From assembly GCA_040905465.1 (NCBI GenBank), contig JBBDRK010000046.1, positions 37,452-72,823 of the forward strand: a DNA stretch of 35,372 nt, read 5' to 3'. The position numbers were made by a program, and so were the translations under genes. Every line of letters begins with the position of its first letter. Position 1 is the first letter of the stretch. Below are positions 27,176 to 35,372 of this stretch, one piece after another. The stretch comes from Trueperaceae bacterium (GTDB lineage: Bacteria; Deinococcota; Deinococci; Deinococcales; Trueperaceae). The notes beneath the pieces are model-generated. The model was not told the origin of the DNA. It saw nothing but the letters and a program-made list of their open reading frames with translations, and ran no database searches.

Positions 27176-29974
27176 TCAGAAAACCTCGGCCAAGGCGCGC
27201 GCAAAGGCGTTTTCGAGCTCGACTGGCCCCACATCGACCACCTTCCGGGAGCGAAGGTACACGAGCCGCGCCAGCGGCATTACTCCGCGCGCCCTGCGCA
27301 CCGCCTCGGCGTAGACCGCCAACTGGCCCAGGTAACGCTCCGGAGCCACCGTGCGGTCGGTCTTGTAGTCATCCAGGTACCAGCGCCCGTTCACGCGGTA
27401 GAGGCGGTCGATAACCCCTTGCCAGACGGTTGAACGGTGGGGTAGCGCCATCGGAAGCTCGCTCTCGTCCTGCTCGCGCGCCGCGAGGCCGGGTAGATCG
27501 CGTCCCAGCATCGCCCAATAGTTCGCCAGAAGCTCCGCGACCTCGGCCAGGACCTCGTCCTGCTCGCTTGGACTGAACGGGAACATCACCTCCTGCGCTC
27601 TCAGGTTCTCCAGGTCCGCGGCATCGTCCGGCTGCCAGGACTGGCTGATGGCGTAGTGCACCAGCGTGCCAACGGACGTAGCGCGGCCCGGCAGTTCGGT
27701 CGCCTCGCTGCCGTCGCTCGGCGGCAGCGGTTCGCCGTCACCAGGCGGCAGGGGCTCTGGCTCGAGGGGCATTGGCGCCAGCTCGATGCGCGACGGGCTG
27801 TGGATCGGCGGGAAAGGGTGGAGGGCGAAGGATCGGTCGATCCACTCGGGCGCCTCGGTCTGGCGGCGAACCGGCCGGTCCGGCTCAGCCCCTGCGGCCT
27901 TTGGCGCGGCGACAGTATGGGTCGCCAACACGAAATCGGGCCGGTCTCGCGGCTCGGCGGCCGGTCCCACGCCCATCAGCTCCAACGCCCGAGCCCAGCC
28001 GTGGCATTCGCCGCCGCGGGCGCTGCCGGTGAGCAGCAGCATCTCGCGCGCGCGGCTGGCGGCAACATAGAGGAGCCGGTAGCTTTCCGACTCCTCACGT
28101 TCTCGCAGGCGCCCGCCGGTCTCGTCGAACGCCGGACTCCCGGGCAGCGAAACCAGTCCGCTGTCGGGGTCTACACGGAGCGAATCACGGTTGGGCGCCT
28201 GCCTGCGGCCCGCGTCGAAGACCGCCGTCACCCGCCATTCGAGTCCCTTGGCGGCGTGCACGGTCAGCAGTTTGACGCCGTTGCCGCTCTGCGGCACGTC
28301 ACCGGCATCGGTCTGGCGCACCAGCAGCTCGAGGCGCCCCAACAGCACCTCCATGTCGAAGGGCGGCTGTCGCGCCACCGTGAACAGCAGGGCGTCGACG
28401 TTCTCGCGCTGCCGAGCGTCGAGGTAGTGAACGAAGCTGCGGCCTTCATCGAAAGGTTCCCGAATCAGGCCCTTGAGTGCCTCCAAGGGCGGCCTCAGCA
28501 CCAGATCGCGCAGCCATCGGTAGCGCTCGGCAGCAGCCGGGCAGCAGCGTGCCAGCGCCGCCTCGGGATCGCTGGCGGCGAGCACGTCCTGCAGCTCGCT
28601 CGGCGACAGTCGCCCGAACGGCCCGCGCAACCAGGCAGCGAACTGGACGCCTTTCGGTTCGATCGCCGCTCGCAGTGCGTTGTACAGGTCACGGATCTCC
28701 AGCCGTTCGAAGTAGCCGCGGCCCTGGAGGAGGACCGCCGGAACGCCTGCCCGGGTGAGCGCCGACTCGGCCAGCGCCAGAGCACCGTGCGAGCGGGCCA
28801 GCACCGCCATCTCGCCGTAGGGCACGCCGTGCTCGAGGTGGATCGCTTCCAGCCGTGCGGCGAGGACGTCCGCTTCCGTCTCCCGCAGCGCGGCCAGCGG
28901 CTGCTCGTCCACCACCCAGTGGACCTCGACCCGTCCGCGGATCTCGGCCCGCTTGCCGGCGGCGGTCACGGCCGGCGCCTCTCGCCGCCCGAACCCGAGT
29001 CCTTCGGCGGCCAGCGTGGCGGTGAGCCGGTTGAGGAAGCGGTTGACCAGCTCGCCGTGACGGAAGCTACGGTCCAGCGGCGGCAGCTCCTCGCCGTCTT
29101 CGAGGGCCCGCCGAAACACGCCGACGTCGGCGTTACGGAAACCGTAGATCGACTGCTTCGGATCCCCCACGACCTCCACTTCGAGCCCGCTCCCTTCCAG
29201 CGCCTCGAAGAACCTGCCCTGGAGCGGGTTGACGTCCTGGAACTCGTCCACCAGTATCACCCGGAAGCGCGACGCCAGCCTGGCCATGGCCGTGGGAATC
29301 CGGATGAGCCGCAACGAACGTCGCTCGATCTCACCCGGTGAAAGCATGCGCGCCCCCAGCCGGCGCTCGAAGGCGGCGTAGGCTGCGTCGAACAGCTCGA
29401 CTAGCGCCTCGGCTGGTGGATCGGCGTCGGCGGCGAAGCGCTCGCCCAGTGAGCGCTTCGAGAAGAGCGTCAACAGCCGCCGAGGGGCGTCGTTTCCTTT
29501 GGCGGTCGCCGCCGTGTGCAGTGGGTGCGCCGGGTCGGCGGCCAGGTAGGCCAGGCTCCGAAGCTCCTCCTCGAACAGCGCCTGTGCCTCCCACTCGGGC
29601 ACGACGGTGAAATCGGGGTCGAGGCCCATGGCCGGCGCCGCCAGACGCAGTGCCCCCGTCATGAAACCGTGGATGGTCGTGAGGGTGGCGCCCGACAACT
29701 CGCGCAGCGCCTCCTCGAAGAGCTCTCTGGCCGCCTCGTCCGACCGCCCTGCGCGGAACTCTGCCCCGTGAATCTCGACGCCGTGGAATTCGCCCGTGGC
29801 CAGCAGTTGGCGGATCCCCCCGCCGACACGCTGGCGCAGTTCACCGGCCGCTGACCTGGTGAACGTGACGCCGGCGATACGCCTGAGAGGGACGCCAGCG
29901 GCGATCAACTCCAGGTAGCGCCGAACCAGGCTCGTGGTCTTCCCGGTCCCGGCGGAGGCAACCCTTACCCTCAT
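27176..29974 (-). CDS. addA: AddA/RecB-like UvrD helicase-nuclease
   Basis: ASAGTGKT, TFTRSAA.ELR.R, TIHGF, VDEFQD, VGDPKQSIYGFR, TVHAAKGLEW, RLLYVAASRAR. C-terminal RecB nuclease GVIDRL...DDYKT. Probable start ATG 29974 (about 932 aa). Confidence 0.9.
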   Translation of the reverse strand: MRVRVASAGTGKTTSLVRRYLELIAAGVPLRRIAGVTFTRSAAGELRQRVGGGIRQLLATGEFHGVEIHGAEFRAGRSDEAARELFEEALRELSGATLTTIHGFMTGALRLAAPAMGLDPDFTVVPEWEAQALFEEELRSLAYLAADPAHPLHTAATAKGNDAPRRLLTLFSKRSLGERFAADADPPAEALVELFDAAYAAFERRLGARMLSPGEIERRSLRLIRIPTAMARLASRFRVILVDEFQDVNPLQGRFFEALEGSGLEVEVVGDPKQSIYGFRNADVGVFRRALEDGEELPPLDRSFRHGELVNRFLNRLTATLAAEGLGFGRREAPAVTAAGKRAEIRGRVEVHWVVDEQPLAALRETEADVLAARLEAIHLEHGVPYGEMAVLARSHGALALAESALTRAGVPAVLLQGRGYFERLEIRDLYNALRAAIEPKGVQFAAWLRGPFGRLSPSELQDVLAASDPEAALARCCPAAAERYRWLRDLVLRPPLEALKGLIREPFDEGRSFVHYLDARQRENVDALLFTVARQPPFDMEVLLGRLELLVRQTDAGDVPQSGNGVKLLTVHAAKGLEWRVTAVFDAGRRQAPNRDSLRVDPDSGLVSLPGSPAFDETGGRLREREESESYRLLYVAASRAREMLLLTGSARGGECHGWARALELMGVGPAAEPRDRPDFVLATHTVAAPKAAGAEPDRPVRRQTEAPEWIDRSFALHPFPPIHSPSRIELAPMPLEPEPLPPGDGEPLPPSDGSEATELPGRATSVGTLVHYAISQSWQPDDAADLENLRAQEVMFPFSPSEQDEVLAEVAELLANYWAMLGRDLPGLAAREQDESELPMALPHRSTVWQGVIDRLYRVNGRWYLDDYKTDRTVAPERYLGQLAVYAEAVRRARGVMPLARLVYLRSRKVVDVGPVELENAFARALAEVF

Positions 29975-30014
29975 CCGACCGTTCCCGCAGCGGCCAGGGT
30001 CGCCAGGCGATCCG

Positions 30015-32387
30015 TCACTCAACCGCTTCCCGGCAAACGTCGCGCACCGGGCACGCACGGCACCGGAATCCGGGCGAGGGTGCGATCGAACCGGCATAGA
30101 AGCGCGCCAACGCCGCTTCAGCTCGTTTCCTGCGGCTGACGATTCGCTTCCAGGGATAGCGGATGCCGCCGGGGTACGCCTCGATCGGCTCTCCCAGGAT
30201 CGGCCAGACGATGAGCCGGACTCTCTCGATTCGCCCCCGGTAGCGCTCCAACATGTGCCCGGCGGCCCACAGCTCGCTCCAGCGCTCGTCCAGCCAGGCC
30301 TCGGCGTCTTCACGCGAAGCTACGGACCCGGGGGCCCGGAAGTTGTAGAAGGTAGCCTCGCTGCCTTGCCGGCCGGCAGCGTCGAGTAAGGCTCGCGGAC
30401 CATCGCCCCCGTCCGGCAGCAACAGGCCGAAGCGCAGCGTCAGCAACAGTTGCCGGTGCGCCGCCAACCAGCCGGCTGCCCAGGCATGGTGAAGCGCCAG
30501 CGACTCGAGCCGGTCGGGCGTGAGTTCGGGCTTGCGCCCAAGCTCGCTCAGCAGTGCTCGCCACTGGCGCTCGCCGCTTTCGCGGCCGCGCTCCCGCGCT
30601 TCAGCAGTGTCGAGCCTTCGCTCAAGCCAGAAACGCATGGCGCATTCGTCGTAGCGGCGCAGGTCTTCCAGCGACGCCTCGCCCAGCGGCTGCGCCGAGA
30701 GCAGCGGTCGGTACCTCTCGCCATCGGCCAGTTCCAGCCGGCTCCCGGCCGGCACGTCGGGCAGCGGTCGGGGGGTCGCTTCGGCAACGAGCGCCGGCTC
30801 GTACAGCAGCGGCCCGCCCTGATCGGCGAGGGGGTAGGTGACGACGAGTTCGTCTGCCACCGCCCGCAGCTCGACGAAGAGCAGCCGGTCGCGACCCTCG
30901 AATCGGCGCGGGAGGCGTGCTTTCTCGTCTGCGAACAGAGACGCCAGCGCGACTCGCCGCTCTTCCGGGAAGAAGTAGTCCTCGCGCTCGCCCACACCGT
31001 AGGCGCCTTCTACCGCTCGCATCAGGTAGGCGCGCCGGTAGCGCCTGCCGCTGGCCAGGCGTTCGTCGAGCAGCGCCACCCCACCGCGGACTCTCGCCGG
31101 GAGGCTGGCCTCCTTCAGCAGTGCCACCCACCAGGGGCGAAACCCGGCGCCAGCCGCGACGCGACCCGCCTCCTTGGCCCGCGCCAAAGCGTGAGCGCGG
31201 AACAGCTCGCCCGACATGACGCCCCCTTGCCCGGCTTCACCCGCCATCGCGAGCGCCTGATCCACGAGCGACCGCGCCCAAGCGTCCCGGTCCTCCGGCA
31301 CCTCGAGCCGGGCCAGCCAGGTCCGCCAACTGTCTGTCAGGCCGTGCTGTTCCGCCAGCAGCGCCAGGGCGTAGTGCCCGGCCACGCCGGCATCGAGCGC
31401 GGCACTCGCCAATGGCGCCAGCTCTCGGATCGGCAGCAGCCGCGAGGCGGTAGGGTATTCGGGCAACTCCAGCAGCTCGAGCAATATCCTGCCCGGAACC
31501 GTGTCGGCCAGCGACCCGGGGCGCTCGTCCATTACCGGCACGCCGTACTCGTCCGCCAAGGCGGCGAAGGCCACGCTTTCGCCTTCCGGCATGATCACGG
31601 CCAGGTCGAGAGGATCGGTTCCAGCCGCCAGGTCGCGTTTGAGGGACCTCAGCACCCAGCGCGACTCGGAGACGGGGTTGGGTGCTTCGAAGACCTCCGT
31701 CGGCGGGCACTCCCTGGCGGGCAGGAGCAAGGTTGGCGTGAGGCCCGGCGGCGCCTCCGGGAGCGCCAGCCACACTTCGCAACCGGCCGATAGTGCCCGC
31801 AGGAGCCTGAGGTCGAGCGGTCCGAGCTCCCGCAGGCCGTCGACCATCAGGGCATCCGCTTCGACCAGCGCTTCGGTCGGCCCACCGCCGGCCTCCGCCA
31901 GCGCAACCGCCTCCCGCCGGAAGTCGTCATAATCCCATGCTTCGCCCTTCAGCCGCTCGTAGTGCGCATACACGCCGCTGAAACGTTCGACTTCGCTATC
32001 CCCTGCCGGAATGTCGGCGATGCCGAGCCCGAAGCGCTTGGCCTCGGCTATCGCTCCGGCGAATAGGCGCGCCTCGCCGGGCGAGGGCGGCGCGCCCAGC
32101 TCCCGCGCCAATGCCTCCCCCACCAGGGCCAGCCGACCGGTGCCGACTACCAGCGGCTTGAGTGACCGCGCATGAGCGAGCAGCCGGTAGTACACCTGTT
32201 GGAGCGTCTGGAACTCGAGCCCGAGCAAGGCACCGCCTTCAGTGGCTCGCCGGTAGAAACAGGCTCGCTGGCCGGGCAGACCGGTCCACCAGACGCGTGC
32301 GCCCCTGACGGTCAACTCCCGCGCGCGCTCCAGCAGAAGTGCAGTCTTGCCGGAGCCGGGCGGTCCGACCAGGAGCTCGAAACTCAC
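30015..32387 (-). CDS. addB: AddB-like partner subunit with Fe-S cysteines
   Basis: N-terminal GPPGSGKT and a degenerate helicase-like body. C-terminal YDEC..RFW and CRAC..RDVC give four Cys in the AddB iron-staple pattern. Directly upstream of the addA-like gene. Confidence 0.78.
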   Translation of the reverse strand: MSFELLVGPPGSGKTALLLERARELTVRGARVWWTGLPGQRACFYRRATEGGALLGLEFQTLQQVYYRLLAHARSLKPLVVGTGRLALVGEALARELGAPPSPGEARLFAGAIAEAKRFGLGIADIPAGDSEVERFSGVYAHYERLKGEAWDYDDFRREAVALAEAGGGPTEALVEADALMVDGLRELGPLDLRLLRALSAGCEVWLALPEAPPGLTPTLLLPARECPPTEVFEAPNPVSESRWVLRSLKRDLAAGTDPLDLAVIMPEGESVAFAALADEYGVPVMDERPGSLADTVPGRILLELLELPEYPTASRLLPIRELAPLASAALDAGVAGHYALALLAEQHGLTDSWRTWLARLEVPEDRDAWARSLVDQALAMAGEAGQGGVMSGELFRAHALARAKEAGRVAAGAGFRPWWVALLKEASLPARVRGGVALLDERLASGRRYRRAYLMRAVEGAYGVGEREDYFFPEERRVALASLFADEKARLPRRFEGRDRLLFVELRAVADELVVTYPLADQGGPLLYEPALVAEATPRPLPDVPAGSRLELADGERYRPLLSAQPLGEASLEDLRRYDECAMRFWLERRLDTAEARERGRESGERQWRALLSELGRKPELTPDRLESLALHHAWAAGWLAAHRQLLLTLRFGLLLPDGGDGPRALLDAAGRQGSEATFYNFRAPGSVASREDAEAWLDERWSELWAAGHMLERYRGRIERVRLIVWPILGEPIEAYPGGIRYPWKRIVSRRKRAEAALARFYAGSIAPSPGFRCRACPVRDVCREAVE

Positions 32388-32393
32388 GCGCTC

Positions 32394-32399
32394 ATTGTA
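32394..32399 (-). promoter_or_regulatory. -10 box 6 nt upstream of the addB start (probable leaderless transcript)
   Basis: TACAAT-gagcgc-GTG; no SD sequence. Confidence 0.65.
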
Positions 32400-32432
32400 G
32401 CCCCGGCACTCAGCGGGGTCGGTCCTCGCCGC

Positions 32433-34517
32433 TCAGGCTGCTTGTTCCACCAGCTCCCGGGCAAGGTCGTCCGGCTCGGTCACGGGCAAGCGGCAGACTC
32501 CGGCTTCACAGACGTAAGCGGCGGGCCTGCCGGCAATGGGGCCGCGGCCTTCAAGAAACGGAAGACGCTCCACCAGGGGATGCTCGGGGCCATCGGCGTG
32601 CGCTACCACGGCATAAGGGAGCGGCTGCTGCTGCACTATCCGGAGCAGCGCCTGTGTAGCCGCTTCCTTCCGGTCACCGATAACGGCCACTTCACGCGGC
32701 GGATGGAGCAGGAACTCCATTACGCTTAGGGTCGCGCCCAGGCCGGTGGGGTGACGCCTCACCAGGTCGGCCAGGCCGGCAACCGCCGAAAGTGCCCTTT
32801 CCTCCGGCTCGTGCCTGCCCGTCAGGCGGGCAACCTGCACGAAGAGCTCGGCCGCGGCCGCATTCTCCGACGGAACCGCGGAATCGGCGACCCCTTTGGG
32901 CCGGACGATCAACGGCTCGCCGTCGTCGGGCGTGCTGAAGAAGGCGCCGCGATCGTCGGCGAAGTGAGTGGCAATAACCTCGCACAGCTCGAGCGCCCAC
33001 AGCAGCCACTCCTCCTCGAAAGTGGCGTGATAGAGCGCCAGCAGGCCCAGACCGAGGTAGGCGTAATCCTCCAGCAGTCCCGCTATCCGAGCTTGGCCGC
33101 CGCCATAGGCGTGCAGCAGCCGCCCGTCCCGCCAGAGCTCGCCGCGTACGAAGCGGGCGGCCTCACGGGCATGCTCGACGTACTCGGGCCGGTGCAGGAC
33201 ACGACCCGCATCGGCCAAACCGCCTATCGCCAAGCCGTTCCAGGACGTCAGCACCTTGTCGTCCAACCCGGGCCGCTCGCGCTCCTCGCGTGCCGCCAGG
33301 AGTCGCTGCTTCCAGCCCTCCACCCGCTCGTCGAGCCGGTCCGGCTCGATCTGGAACCGGGTCGCGAAATCGTCTCGAGAGTCAGCGCCGCTACCGTCGA
33401 CGCTCCCGACTTCCTGGATCGGGAGGTCAGGAGCCGTCAGGATGTTGCGGCCCTCGAAGTTCCCCTCCGTGGTCACCGAGAACCACTCCTTCGCCGCGGC
33501 TGCCTCGGGCCCCAGGACCGCGTCGAACTCAGCTTCGTCCCAAACGTAGAAGCGGCCCTCCTCGCCCTCGCTGTCGGCGTCGAGCGCACTGTAGAAGCCC
33601 CCTGCCGGATGCCTGAGCTCGCGCGCCAACCAAGCGACCGTCGCCTCGATCACCTGCTGGTAGAGCGGGTCGGCGTTGTGACGATACGCTTCGCTGTAGC
33701 GTGAGAGGAGTTGCGCGTTGTCGTAGAGCATCTTCTCGAAGTGAGGAACCAGCCACTGCTCGTCGACGCTGTAGCGTGCGAAACCGCCGCCGATCTGATC
33801 GAAGATGCCGCCGTTGGCCATGCGCCGCAACGTCACGTGTGCGAGCTCGCGCGCGTGCTCGCCGGGCCGAGCCAGCAAAAAGCGCAGTACCGAATGCGGT
33901 GGAAACTTGGGGGCTGCGCCGAAGCCGCCATACCGGTCGTCGAACCGACGGTGCAACTCCTCGAGGGCGTCGCGAGGCAGGTTCGGGTCGAGGCCACCGG
34001 CGCCTTCGCCGGCGCGACCGAGTCCGTTCAGGTACGTACGCATCTCGCCGGCCGAACTCAAGACCTCGTCGCGACGATCGCGCCAGGCTCCGGCGAGCGC
34101 CGAGAGGACCCGACGAAACGACGGCCGCCCGTAACGGTCGTCGGCGGGAAAGTAGGTGCCCCCGAAGAACGGTTCACCTTGCGGAGTCAGCACCACCGTC
34201 ATCGGCCAGCCTCCGGACCCAGTCATCGCCTGCACCGCATTCATATAGATAGCATCGACATCCGGTCGCTCCTCACGATCGACCTTGACGTTCACGAAGT
34301 TCTCGTTCATCAACCGGGCCGTCTCGGGATCCTCGAAGCTCTCGTGCGCCATCACATGGCACCAGTGGCAGGCCGAGTAGCCGACCGACAGCAGCACCGG
34401 ACGATCCTCGCGCTCGGCGAGCTCGAACGCTTCGCTCCCCCATGGATGCCAGTCGACCGGATTCTCCCGGTGCTGACGCAGATACGGACTGGACTCGCCG
34501 GCAAGGCGGTTGGTCAT
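32433..34517 (-). CDS. Thioredoxin-domain protein of the YyaL/SPATA20 (DUF255) family
   Basis: [83 protein letters not shown]. Confidence 0.95.
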   Translation of the reverse strand: MTNRLAGESSPYLRQHRENPVDWHPWGSEAFELAEREDRPVLLSVGYSACHWCHVMAHESFEDPETARLMNENFVNVKVDREERPDVDAIYMNAVQAMTGSGGWPMTVVLTPQGEPFFGGTYFPADDRYGRPSFRRVLSALAGAWRDRRDEVLSSAGEMRTYLNGLGRAGEGAGGLDPNLPRDALEELHRRFDDRYGGFGAAPKFPPHSVLRFLLARPGEHARELAHVTLRRMANGGIFDQIGGGFARYSVDEQWLVPHFEKMLYDNAQLLSRYSEAYRHNADPLYQQVIEATVAWLARELRHPAGGFYSALDADSEGEEGRFYVWDEAEFDAVLGPEAAAAKEWFSVTTEGNFEGRNILTAPDLPIQEVGSVDGSGADSRDDFATRFQIEPDRLDERVEGWKQRLLAAREERERPGLDDKVLTSWNGLAIGGLADAGRVLHRPEYVEHAREAARFVRGELWRDGRLLHAYGGGQARIAGLLEDYAYLGLGLLALYHATFEEEWLLWALELCEVIATHFADDRGAFFSTPDDGEPLIVRPKGVADSAVPSENAAAAELFVQVARLTGRHEPEERALSAVAGLADLVRRHPTGLGATLSVMEFLLHPPREVAVIGDRKEAATQALLRIVQQQPLPYAVVAHADGPEHPLVERLPFLEGRGPIAGRPAAYVCEAGVCRLPVTEPDDLARELVEQAA

Positions 34518-34523
34518 GCGGCA

Positions 34524-34597
34524 AAGCTAACACTCGCCGGCCGCGACGACTGTTGCCGCAGGCCGGGTGTCGCGGCGAGGCCCGGAGCGCATAGACT
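34524..34597. promoter_or_regulatory. Back-to-back -10 boxes, each 6 nt from a start codon
   Basis: Minus strand: TGtTAGCTT-tgccgc-ATG (34517). Plus strand: TAGACT-gacccc-ATG (34604). Neither has an SD sequence. Confidence 0.6.
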
Positions 34598-34603
34598 GAC
34601 CCC

Positions 34604-35239
34604 ATGGGGATCGAGGAGATCAGGAAGGCTTACGCGCGCTCCGAGCTGCGCAAGCGCGATCTCGCTGCCGATCCGATAGTGCAGTTCGGTATCTGGCTGG
34701 GGGAAGCGGTGGCTGCCGACCTGCTGGAGCCCACCGCCATGACCCTAGCCACCGCCGACGCGAACGGCCGAGTGTCGGCTCGCATGGTGCTGCTCAAGGG
34801 TCACGGTCCCGATGGCTTCGTGTTCTACAGCAACTACGCCAGTCGCAAGGCGGAGGATCTGGCGGTCAACGCCAACGCCGCACTGGTGTTCTACTGGGAT
34901 CGGCTGGAGCGCCAGGTTCGCGTCGAAGGAACTGTCGAGAAGCTCCCGCCTGAATCTTCGGAAACCTACTTTCGATCGCGACCGCGCGGTTCGCAACTGG
35001 CCGCCTGGGCGTCGCCACAGAGCCAGACGCTGGCAGGCCGCGACGAGCTGCACGAGCGTTCGGCAGCGGCCGTCGAGCGCTTCGACGGCCGCGAGGTCGC
35101 CAGGCCCGACCATTGGGGCGGTTACCGACTACGGCCGCTGGCAATCGAGCTGTGGCAGGGGCGCCCCGACCGGCTTCACGACCGCTTTCGCTACACGTCG
35201 GGAGGCGGAAGCTGGCGGCTCGAACGACTGGCGCCGTAA
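34604..35239 (+). CDS. pdxH: Pyridoxamine 5'-phosphate oxidase
   Basis: AMTLATA, RMVLLK, FYSNYASRK, RQVRVEG, YFRSRPRGSQ, WGGY, ELWQGRPDRLHDR, RLAP. Confidence 0.97.
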   Translation: MGIEEIRKAYARSELRKRDLAADPIVQFGIWLGEAVAADLLEPTAMTLATADANGRVSARMVLLKGHGPDGFVFYSNYASRKAEDLAVNANAALVFYWDRLERQVRVEGTVEKLPPESSETYFRSRPRGSQLAAWASPQSQTLAGRDELHERSAAAVERFDGREVARPDHWGGYRLRPLAIELWQGRPDRLHDRFRYTSGGGSWRLERLAP

Positions 35240-35282
35240 GGGACCCGCCATTGGGACGGGCGGTCGCTCCCGCAACCGCCCG

Positions 35283-35372
35283 GTGTCGTCCTATCGCATC
35301 GACTTATCGCGTCGTCATCTTGCATCCTCACCTTGCGTCGTCATCTTGCGTCGTCATCTTGCGTCGTCATCT
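35283..35372. repeat. 13-bp tandem repeat (GCGTCGTCATCTT) running to the window end
   Basis: Units at 35309, 35335 and 35348 are perfect; 35361 is truncated; 35322 has 3 mismatches. More degenerate in-phase units lie at 35283 and 35296. Confidence 0.9.

Noticed and set aside
27656-31793. 561-aa and 447-aa plus-strand ORFs, and the 113-aa upstream extension of addA
   Set aside because: Shadow ORFs of addA/addB. The extension overlaps the addB 3' end, and UvrD-family proteins start just before Walker A.
35283-35372. Possible CRISPR array
   Set aside because: The units are 13 bp, directly adjacent with no unique spacers, and there are no cas genes in the window.

Overview
High-GC bacterial chromosomal segment, most likely Deinococcota (Truepera-like). 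This is inferred from a GlnRS-YqeY fusion, a short Thermus-type EF-Ts, an AddAB-like pair and several -10 boxes abutting start codons. Left to right it holds: a sugar ABC substrate-binding protein and ROK repressor with a clear promoter/operator; ChaB; a YhaN-like SMC/Rad50-type ATPase and an Mre11/SbcD-like phosphoesterase preceded by a decayed MazF/PemK toxin; SURF1-ctaB-ctaA; a secreted TPR protein; rpsB-tsf-pyrH-frr-cdsA; a membrane diguanylate cyclase; glnS-YqeY; an S10 carboxypeptidase; signal peptidase I; dodecin; two tandem cold-shock genes; a 2H phosphoesterase; two GNATs; a thioesterase; an AddA/AddB-like helicase-nuclease pair; a YyaL/SPATA20 protein; pdxH; and a 13-bp tandem repeat running off the window end. 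I saw no tRNA, rRNA, CRISPR array or transposase. The best candidate for an undescribed system is the coupled mazF-remnant / SbcD-like nuclease / membrane-anchored SMC-like ATPase module (2995-8210). Also notable are recurrent 15-nt (5-aa) duplications at four unrelated loci, an AddB-like subunit that keeps Fe-S cysteines but lacks the nuclease motif, and probable leaderless transcription. All family assignments come from motif recognition, not database searches.
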